Positions 27,833 through 34,551 of a stretch of DNA of 47,628 nucleotides are shown in pieces. Numbering within the stretch: position 1 is the stretch's first letter; each line of letters opens with the position of its first letter. The position numbers and the translations under genes were made by a program. Location: contig JACPNF010000010.1 in assembly GCA_016185635.1 (NCBI GenBank), positions 1-47,628 of the forward strand, written 5' to 3'. Source of the stretch: Candidatus Woesearchaeota archaeon. Lineage in GTDB: Archaea; Nanobdellota; Nanobdellia; SCGC-AAA011-G17; JACPIM01. The notes under the pieces are model-generated. The model did not search any database. It was not told the origin of the DNA and worked only from the letters and a program-made list of their open reading frames with translations.

Positions 27833-28522
27833 ATGGCAATACTATCTATTCTTGAGGAATTTCTCAAGGAAATTGAAAAGCATAATCCCTATAAACTTAT
27901 TATTAAAGGTGGAACAGCTTTATCTTTGTTTTACTTTAATCATCACAGAGAATCAGAAGACTTGGATTTTGACGCAGATATAAAATATCTGAAAGAACAT
28001 GCTAAGATAGAATCTTATTTTATTGATATCCTTGAAAAATTAAAAGAAAAAGGAATTATTAGAAAATTCTCAAAGGGTAAAAGTGGATTGGCAGCTACTA
28101 ATAGATATCATATGAAGATTCAATTGGAAACACATAAAATATTCTATACTAAAATAGATGTTGACTTTATCAAAATAAATGGAGAACTCAGAAACAAAGG
28201 TGAACTATTTTTATATCTACCTGAAAGATTATTTATTACAAAGATGATAACGTTCACAGACAGGAAGGAATTCAAGGATTTATATGATATATCCCATTTA
28301 ATTTCACGTATTTCTATTGATACATTTAAGAATAATCTTGAGGTTATTAGTTTGATAGATCAAGCAATAAATACAATCTTAAATGAAGATTTAAAAAAAT
28401 TGTTCAAGCAAGCTTTTAAAAATGTAGACTTAGGATTTAAAAATTTGAATGAAAGCCAAATAGATATGTTTAATTTAAAAATATTAAGAAATTTAAGAGT
28501 TTTAAAAAATAAATTAAGATAA
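27833..28522 (+). CDS. AbiEii/AbiGii-family nucleotidyltransferase toxin
   Basis: IIKGGTALSLFY...RESEDLDFD is the family's GGTAL...R.S.DLDF signature. C-terminal KDLYD. Confidence 0.7.
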   Translation: MAILSILEEFLKEIEKHNPYKLIIKGGTALSLFYFNHHRESEDLDFDADIKYLKEHAKIESYFIDILEKLKEKGIIRKFSKGKSGLAATNRYHMKIQLETHKIFYTKIDVDFIKINGELRNKGELFLYLPERLFITKMITFTDRKEFKDLYDISHLISRISIDTFKNNLEVISLIDQAINTILNEDLKKLFKQAFKNVDLGFKNLNESQIDMFNLKILRNLRVLKNKLR

Positions 28523-28530
28523 TTTTATAA
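28523..28530 (+). promoter_or_regulatory. candidate TATA element for the tRNA gene
   Basis: ttttataa about 28-35 nt upstream of tRNA position 1. The AT-rich background makes this weak. Confidence 0.25.
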
Positions 28531-28557
28531 ACTAATTTAAGACTTTATTTCTAATAT

Positions 28558-28683
28558 GGGCTCGTAGCTTAGCCTGGTTGGAGCACAAAAGTCAAAAGTT
28601 TGCTCTTTCGACTGATAACTAAGTTAGATATCGAGATGGATTAATCACGATAAAGGTCGTCAGTTCAAATCTGATCGGGCCCA
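28558..28683 (+). tRNA. tRNA-Ile (anticodon GAT at 28614-28616), intron-containing; best model has three introns
   Basis: Acceptor GGGCTCG/CGGGCCC+A. D arm GCTT-AGCCTGGTTG-GAGC. Anticodon arm TTCGA-CTGATAA-TCGAG. Variable loop AGGTC. T arm GTCAG-TTCAAAT-CTGAT. Exons sum to 75 nt and 51 extra nt lie in three blocks. No encoded CCA. Confidence 0.7.
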
Positions 28684-28688
28684 TTTTT
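28684..28688 (+). terminator. oligo-T tract after the tRNA
   Basis: ttttt immediately after the discriminator base. Archaeal termination commonly uses oligo-T. Confidence 0.4.
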
Positions 28689-28749
28689 ACTACTAAATAA
28701 GCAAAAAAGGAAAAGATTTAAATAGTGACTAAATAAAACCACATTTTTT

Positions 28750-30930
28750 ATGACAGAATTAATTATTTGCGAAAAACCTTCTGCTGCATTGAAAATAGCT
28801 ACAGCTTTAACTAATACTAAAATAGAAGAAAAGCAAAATGGCAGGATAGTTTATTATAAAATAAAAATAGACAATAAAGATGTTTTAGTTGTACCTGCTG
28901 TTGGACATTTATATGCCTTAAAAGAAAAAAAAATAAAAGGCCTTTTATATCCGGCTTTTGATGTTGAATGGAAAGAAGCTCATTTAGTTTCTAAAAAGGC
29001 CAGGTTTACAAAAGATTATTTGGATACAATCAAGAGATTATGCAAAGATTGTAAAGACTTTATTATAGCAACAGATAAAGATTTAGAAGGGGAATTAATT
29101 GGATATAATATTATACGTTTTGCATGCAAGCAAAAAGATGCAAAAAGAATGGAATTTTCTACTTTAACAAAAGAAGATTTAATAAATAGCTATGAAAAAG
29201 CCAAAGAACATGTTGATTTTCTTTTGGCTTACTCTGGAGAGACTAGACATATTATGGATTGGATATGGGGGATTAATACTTCAAGGGCTTTAACATTAGC
29301 GATGAAAAAAGCAGGCAACTTTAAATTAATGTCTACAGGAAGAGTTCAAGGTCCTGCTTTAAACTTAATTGTAAAAAAAGAAAAAGAAATTCAGTTATTT
29401 AAGCCAACTCCATTTTGGAATGTAGATTTAATTTCAGATAAGTTTATAGCACAGCATGAAAAAGGGAATATATTTTATAAAAATGAAGCTGAAAATATTT
29501 TAAAGAATACAAAAGGAAAAAAAGCATTTGTTAAAAAAATTACCAAGAAAGAGTTTAGTGTTAGCCCCCCATTTCCATTTGACTTAACTTCTTTACAAGT
29601 TGAAGCATATAAAACACTAAGAATAAACCCAAAAGAAACTTTAAGCATTGCACAAGATTTGTATATAAATGGTTATATCAGTTATCCAAGAACCAGTTCG
29701 CAAAAACTTCCTCCGGCTTTAAATTATAAAAAGATAATTGAAAAATTAAAATCAAATAAAAATTATAAAAATATTTGTTCTGAACTATTAGGAAAAAAAG
29801 AACTTAAACCTTCAGAGGGTAAAAAATCAGATCCTGCCCACCCAGCATGCCACCCAACAGGAGAATATAATGAGGATTTAGAAGGAAAACAATTAAGAGT
29901 TTATGATTTAATTGTTAGGAGATTCTTAAGTGCATTTGGTGATTATGCAAAAAAACAAACAAATAGTATTGAGATAGATATTAATAAAGAGATTTTTTCA
30001 GTTTCAGGTACAATAACTTTGGAAAAAGGTTGGATAGATTATTATGGAAAATATGCAAAATCAAAAGATGTTGAACTTCCTAAATACAAAGAAGGAGATG
30101 AAATAAAGATTAAGGAAATTAAGATTGAAGACAAAGAAACACAGCCATCTAAGAGATATACACAAGCTTCAATAATAAAAGAACTTGATAAAAAATTCTT
30201 GGGAACTAAAGGGACCAGGGCACAAATTATAGATACTTTATACAAAAGAAGTTACATAAAAGATAATTCTATTCAAGCTACTGACTTAGGGATTAAGTTA
30301 ATTGATACTTTAGAAAAATATTCTGAACAAATTATTGATGAGAAGCTTACAAGACATTTTGAAAAAGAAATGGAACAAATTAGAGAAGGAAAAAAAGAAG
30401 AAAAAGATGTTTTAGATGAAGCTAAACAGAAATTAGTTAAAATCTTTAAAAAAATTGAGGATAATGAGGAAAAAATAGGAAAAAACCTTCTTGAGTCTTA
30501 CAGGATTACTCAGGAGGAAATGAATACTATTGGGGAATGCCCTAAGTGCAAGACTGGAAATTTAAAAATATTATTTTCAAGAAAAACAAAGAGCAAATTT
30601 GTAGGATGTTCATCTTATCCTAACTGCAAAAACATTTACAGCCTTCCAAGAAACGGGTTGATAAAAAAAATTGAAGAAAGATGCAAAGAATGCAATTTTT
30701 ACCAGGTTCTGGTCATCAGGGCTGGAAAAAGGCCGTGGAAATTATGTTTAACACCGAACTGCAAATCAAAAGAAGCGTGGGCGAAGCCTTTTTCAGAAAA
30801 AGCTTTACCAAAAAACGATGACAAAAGCCTTCAAGGAGAAGCTTTTGAAAAAAGCTTCAGCAAAAACGAAAAAGAAGAAAAAAGTAACGACTCTGATACT
30901 ACAAAGCATGCCCAAGATAAAGAAAAATAA
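28750..30930 (+). CDS. topA: type IA DNA topoisomerase (archaeal TopA/Topo III-like) with C-terminal zinc ribbons and a low-complexity tail
   Basis: Toprim: LIICEKPSAA and TDKDLEGE. Catalytic region ISYPRTSS. Zn ribbons CPKCKTG...CSSYPNC and CKECN...CLTPNC. Confidence 0.85.
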   Translation: MTELIICEKPSAALKIATALTNTKIEEKQNGRIVYYKIKIDNKDVLVVPAVGHLYALKEKKIKGLLYPAFDVEWKEAHLVSKKARFTKDYLDTIKRLCKDCKDFIIATDKDLEGELIGYNIIRFACKQKDAKRMEFSTLTKEDLINSYEKAKEHVDFLLAYSGETRHIMDWIWGINTSRALTLAMKKAGNFKLMSTGRVQGPALNLIVKKEKEIQLFKPTPFWNVDLISDKFIAQHEKGNIFYKNEAENILKNTKGKKAFVKKITKKEFSVSPPFPFDLTSLQVEAYKTLRINPKETLSIAQDLYINGYISYPRTSSQKLPPALNYKKIIEKLKSNKNYKNICSELLGKKELKPSEGKKSDPAHPACHPTGEYNEDLEGKQLRVYDLIVRRFLSAFGDYAKKQTNSIEIDINKEIFSVSGTITLEKGWIDYYGKYAKSKDVELPKYKEGDEIKIKEIKIEDKETQPSKRYTQASIIKELDKKFLGTKGTRAQIIDTLYKRSYIKDNSIQATDLGIKLIDTLEKYSEQIIDEKLTRHFEKEMEQIREGKKEEKDVLDEAKQKLVKIFKKIEDNEEKIGKNLLESYRITQEEMNTIGECPKCKTGNLKILFSRKTKSKFVGCSSYPNCKNIYSLPRNGLIKKIEERCKECNFYQVLVIRAGKRPWKLCLTPNCKSKEAWAKPFSEKALPKNDDKSLQGEAFEKSFSKNEKEEKSNDSDTTKHAQDKEK

Positions 30931-31438
30931 ATATTCCAACTGCATTTGCGAAATAAGATATTAATTTCACCTTAAAATTTTTAATCTTTGCCAAATACAA
31001 AAAGAATATTCCTATTTCGTCAGGCAAGGGCGAAGATACAAAGATAATTCCAAGCAGAATATAAACAAACTTTTTTAATTTTCTCGGGATTTCTTGGATA
31101 AACTTCTTTAATATAAAACTTTGGGATATTTCTTTTATTTCTGTATTTAATTCATTTTTTATGATATCATAAATAAACAAATCGCTTAATAATGCCCCAA
31201 AAGAGGCGATTATTGTTCCGAGGTAAATATTCTGAAAATTTCCCAATATCAACAAGATTGCAGCAGCAGGTGGTGATGTAAAACTATATGTGTAAAAAGC
31301 ACCAGCAATAAATGTTCCGACATAACCCATTTTTAAAAGCATGGGTGAAACAAGCTCATAATTTCCATTTTTCAGGATAAAATAAGCTATAATCGCAGCT
31401 AAAATAAAAAATGTTGTCCTAGGATGCTTGTTTATCAT
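30899..31438 (-). CDS. integral membrane protein (about 5 TM), family not recognised
   Basis: ORF and hydrophobicity pattern only. The 3' end overlaps the topA tail by 32 nt. Confidence 0.4.
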   Translation of the reverse strand: MINKHPRTTFFILAAIIAYFILKNGNYELVSPMLLKMGYVGTFIAGAFYTYSFTSPPAAAILLILGNFQNIYLGTIIASFGALLSDLFIYDIIKNELNTEIKEISQSFILKKFIQEIPRKLKKFVYILLGIIFVSSPLPDEIGIFFLYLAKIKNFKVKLISYFANAVGIFIFLYLGHAL

Positions 31439-31441
31439 TTT

Positions 31442-32110
31442 TTATTTTTCCTCAATAATAATCCCAGTATTTTCTACCTTAAATAACATTTCTTTTTTTT
31501 CAGGCCTGATTTGGATTAATTTTCTCGGCTTTATTTCTAACTCAATTATTTTCTTGCAAAATTTTTTCACCATTTCACCGCCAACTGGGATTACTATATT
31601 TTCTTTTATGCTGCTATAAACCTGGTTTGTCAAGATTATAGAGGTGTTGTTTTTTGTCAGCTCTCTCAAGGAATGCAGCTGCAAAATAAGCTTATTGTTT
31701 ATTTCTTTTGGGTTTTCCCTTACTTTTTCCCTGTAATAATTTCCCAAAGAATCTATGATTACAAGCTTAATATTCTTTAATTTTCTTATTGCCTCTAATT
31801 TTTTACACTGGTCATCAAAGTTTTTGACCTTTATAAGAATCAAATTATCTAATAATTCTTTGTAGTTGTTATTTGTTAGCTGCTTAAACCTATCTAAAGA
31901 GAATCCATTTTCAGTATCTATAAAAATAACTTTCTTTTTCTGGCTTAACTGCTCTATCAAAGCTAATTTGCATAATGTTGTCTTTCCAGAACTAGGAGGA
32001 CCATAAATATAATTTATCTTTTCATCATATCCTCCTATTAATTTGTCTAATTCTTCAGAACCTGTTTTTATCATACCTTTATTGATAATTTCTGGTTTAA
32101 TTCTAATCAA
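31442..32110 (-). CDS. radB: RadB-like RecA-superfamily ATPase
   Basis: TGSEELDKLIGGY...IYGPPSSGKTTLC (Walker A), VIIDS (Walker B-like). About 220 aa, without a RadA N-terminal HhH domain. Confidence 0.7.
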   Translation of the reverse strand: MIRIKPEIINKGMIKTGSEELDKLIGGYDEKINYIYGPPSSGKTTLCKLALIEQLSQKKKVIFIDTENGFSLDRFKQLTNNNYKELLDNLILIKVKNFDDQCKKLEAIRKLKNIKLVIIDSLGNYYREKVRENPKEINNKLILQLHSLRELTKNNTSIILTNQVYSSIKENIVIPVGGEMVKKFCKKIIELEIKPRKLIQIRPEKKEMLFKVENTGIIIEEK

Positions 32111-32170
32111 TTTTTCGTGGTTTGCGGTGGTTGAGTGTTTACTAAGAAAAGAATCATCTTCTCTTTATAA

Positions 32171-32198
32171 AACCCACTGGACAAAACCCACTGGACAA
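32171..32198. repeat. perfect tandem duplication aacccactggacaa x2
   Basis: Read directly: 32171-32184 and 32185-32198, about 50 nt upstream of tnpB. Confidence 0.9.
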
Positions 32199-32248
32199 GA
32201 GGTATGTCTGCCTAAACTTTATAAATAAAATTATCTTTTATAGTCTTC

Positions 32249-33430
32249 ATGACAAAAAAAGAGAATAAACTCCAAAAAACCTACAAATTCAGATTATATC
32301 CAAATAAAAGCCAGGGATTTAAATTATTAGAAACTTTAGAACTTTGCAGACAAACTTACAATATCCTGCTAAGTGAATTAAATAACCAAAAAGTAATAGA
32401 CAAGTCAATAATTCAGGGAACAATTCCAGATATTAAAATATGCGAACCTAAATTCAAGAGATTATATTCAAAAACAATGCAGTATGAAAGTTACAGATTG
32501 TTTAGTAATTTACACACTTTAGTACAATTAAAGAAAAAAGGAAAAAAAGTAGGTTCATTAAGGTTTAAATCAAAAAAGTCATTTAAGTCAATAACTTACA
32601 ACCAGTCTGGCTTCAATTTAATAAAAACAGGAAAAAGGTATCAGACTTTGCATTTATCTAAGATAGGAGAAATTCCGGTAAGAGCTTATAGAGATATAGA
32701 AGGAAAAATAAAACAAATAGCAATCAAGATAACTAATTCAGGAAAATGGTTTGCCAACATAACAGCTGAATCTGGAAAACAAAATAAAAAGTTAGTCAAT
32801 AGCAAGCAGGTAGGAATAGATCTGGGCTTGACAAATTATGTCTATGACAGTGATAATAATCACTTTGACAATCCTAAATATCTAAACAATTCATTAAATA
32901 AACTAAAAAAACTGCAGAGAAAATTATCAAGAAAGCAGAAAGGAAGTAATAACAGGAACAAGCAAAGATTAAAAGTGACTAAACTGCATGAAACAATAGA
33001 AAACCAAAGAAATGATTTTCTCCATAAATTAAGCAGGTACTACATTAACAATTATAATTTGATAGCAGTAGAAAACCTGCAAATACAAAACATGATCAAA
33101 AATAGATTTTTATCAAGGTCAATTTCAGATTCATCATGGGCTAAATTTATTAAAATGCTTGAATACAAGGCTGAAAGCGCTGGTATCCAAGTAATAAAAG
33201 TAAATCCAAGAGGAACAACACAAAAATGCAGCAATTGTAATACAATAGTTAAAAAAAGTTTGAAAGACAGGGAGCATATATGCCCTTGTGGTTTGCATAT
33301 TCATAGAGACTACAATTCAGCTTTAAAAGTATTAAAAGATGCTACCGTAGGAAGTACGGGAAGTAACGTCTGGGGAAATGTTTCAGCAGAAACGTCAATG
33401 AACCAGAAATTCCAAGGCATTAATACTTAG
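32249..33430 (+). CDS. tnpB: TnpB (OrfB) RNA-guided endonuclease-type transposon protein
   Basis: KTYKFRLYPNKSQ N-terminus. RuvC residues in VGIDLGL, IAVENLQ and HRDYNSALKV. Zn finger CSNCN...CPCG. Confidence 0.85.
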   Translation: MTKKENKLQKTYKFRLYPNKSQGFKLLETLELCRQTYNILLSELNNQKVIDKSIIQGTIPDIKICEPKFKRLYSKTMQYESYRLFSNLHTLVQLKKKGKKVGSLRFKSKKSFKSITYNQSGFNLIKTGKRYQTLHLSKIGEIPVRAYRDIEGKIKQIAIKITNSGKWFANITAESGKQNKKLVNSKQVGIDLGLTNYVYDSDNNHFDNPKYLNNSLNKLKKLQRKLSRKQKGSNNRNKQRLKVTKLHETIENQRNDFLHKLSRYYINNYNLIAVENLQIQNMIKNRFLSRSISDSSWAKFIKMLEYKAESAGIQVIKVNPRGTTQKCSNCNTIVKKSLKDREHICPCGLHIHRDYNSALKVLKDATVGSTGSNVWGNVSAETSMNQKFQGINT

Positions 33431-33436
33431 ATGCCT

Positions 33437-33450
33437 CACAGCTTGCTGTG
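33437..33450. repeat. palindrome CACAGC-tt-GCTGTG 7 nt after the tnpB stop (candidate right-end/omega-RNA hairpin)
   Basis: Read directly. IS200/IS605 ends carry subterminal hairpins (established). Confidence 0.5.
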
Positions 33451-33488
33451 GTTGGGAGCTTCACATTAATTACTAAAAACCACAATAT

Positions 33489-33671
33489 TTACCTCTTATA
33501 TAATTTTGTTCCCAAGTAGATAAAGGTAGTTCCTATGAAACCTATTATAAATAATATCCATAAAGAAGTAAAATTATAAGGAAAGATGGCAATGTCTTGC
33601 CAAAAATAGATTATATTAAATATTCCTACTCCAGAACCTATCAGACTTAAGTAAATTTTTCTTAGTTCCAT
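33489..33671 (-). CDS. small hypothetical membrane protein (2 TM, 60 aa)
   Basis: ORF and hydrophobic segments only. 2-nt gap to the upstream 92-aa ORF. Confidence 0.3.
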   Translation of the reverse strand: MELRKIYLSLIGSGVGIFNIIYFWQDIAIFPYNFTSLWILFIIGFIGTTFIYLGTKLYKR

Positions 33672-33673
33672 GT

Positions 33674-33952
33674 TTAGTTTACCCTGAATGGAACTGTTGG
33701 AGAGTCTTCTAACTTTTCAAAAAATTTATCTATCCCATTTGTAACCAAATCATAACTTAAGTCAAAAATTAGTTTTTCTATGAACCCCATGTTTTCATAG
33801 TTAAGTTCCAGTTCAATTTGCTGCTTTTTCCATCTTTTACAATCCTCTTCATAAGTATCTTTATCTAGAAAATCAAGCTCAAACAAGGTTATATTTTCCC
33901 CTATGGTAGCATATATTTTACCTTTTTCATAAGCTGCCTTAATTCTCTTCAT
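33674..33952 (-). CDS. hypothetical acidic protein (92 aa)
   Basis: ORF only; no motif recognised. Confidence 0.3.
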   Translation of the reverse strand: MKRIKAAYEKGKIYATIGENITLFELDFLDKDTYEEDCKRWKKQQIELELNYENMGFIEKLIFDLSYDLVTNGIDKFFEKLEDSPTVPFRVN

Positions 33953-34032
33953 ATCTCTTATATATTATATGGCTCTTTTATATTTTTTCTTTTAATCGAA
34001 ATCTTTATATACACTTTAGGTATATACAAAAA

Positions 34033-34410
34033 ATGAATATGAAAGATATTTACGATACTACAATTTTATGCGAAGGATGCAATAAAAAAACCACTAAAGG
34101 ATTTATAATTAAAAATGGTTCTAAAATAAGATTATGGGAGTGCAAGGACTGCAGTAACAGATGGTTTCATCCATTAGACATTCAGGAATATAATAATTTT
34201 CAGAAAATCAAGAATAAACAATTTAGGGTAAAGCTAAGATTTGTAGGGAATAGCTATGCAGTTTCCATTCCAAGGGAGATAATTGATTTTCAAGAAGAAT
34301 TAAGAGAAGAAATTGACAAAATGCTTTCTATGAGCTTGGAAGAGCCTGAAAAATTAAGCATATTTTTTTCAAAGAGAATAAAAAAGATTTTAAATACTGA
34401 TAATATCTAA
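34033..34410 (+). CDS. zinc-ribbon plus AbrB/SpoVT-like DNA-binding protein
   Basis: CEGCNKK...CKDCSNRW ribbon, then VGNSYAVSIPREII (SpoVT/AbrB looped-hinge pattern). Confidence 0.45.
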   Translation: MNMKDIYDTTILCEGCNKKTTKGFIIKNGSKIRLWECKDCSNRWFHPLDIQEYNNFQKIKNKQFRVKLRFVGNSYAVSIPREIIDFQEELREEIDKMLSMSLEEPEKLSIFFSKRIKKILNTDNI

Positions 34411-34429
34411 AAGGAGAAAAATGGAAGCC

Positions 34430-34510
34430 AAAGAAGCCTTTTTAAAAAAAGCCTTCAGGGAAAAACTTTGAAAGAAGCATTTTTAAAAAAGCCTTCAGCA
34501 CAAACTTTTG
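34430..34510. repeat. tandem duplication (41 + 40 nt, about 85% identical) in the CDC48 leader
   Basis: aaagaagcctttttaaaaaaagccttcagggaaaaactttg / aaagaagcatttttaaaaaagccttcagcacaaacttttg. Confidence 0.85.
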
Positions 34511-34551
34511 AGAAAAGTTTGAACAAAAACGAAGAAATAAAAAACTGAAAA

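Larger units (their letters stand above)
32111..33488 (+). mobile_element. IS200/IS605-family element carrying tnpB only (no Y1 transposase); ends not defined
   Basis: TnpB ORF plus flanking structured sequence (tandem 14-mers at the left, a 6-bp-arm palindrome just after the stop). Boundaries are set to the neighbouring genes, not to mapped ends. Confidence 0.45.

Noticed and set aside
28581-28605. Alternative reading of the tRNA as tRNA-Leu(CAA), using the hairpin CAAAA-GTCAAAA-GTTTG as anticodon arm
   Set aside because: That arm has an A-G mismatch at the loop-closing pair and G at position 32. It would leave about 55 nt as a variable arm. The Ile(GAU) model gives a perfect stem, a canonical CTGATAA loop and a canonical AGGTC variable loop.
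31428-32228. Plus-strand ORFs 31428..31619 and 32043..32228
   Set aside because: The first is antisense to radB. The second spans the radB start and the left flank of the TnpB element. Neither has motifs or a plausible start context.
32171-34510. Possible CRISPR array (tandem 14-mers at 32171-98; 41-nt tandem units at 34430-510)
   Set aside because: Only two abutting copies occur in each case, with no spacers and no cas genes in the window. These are simple tandem duplications.
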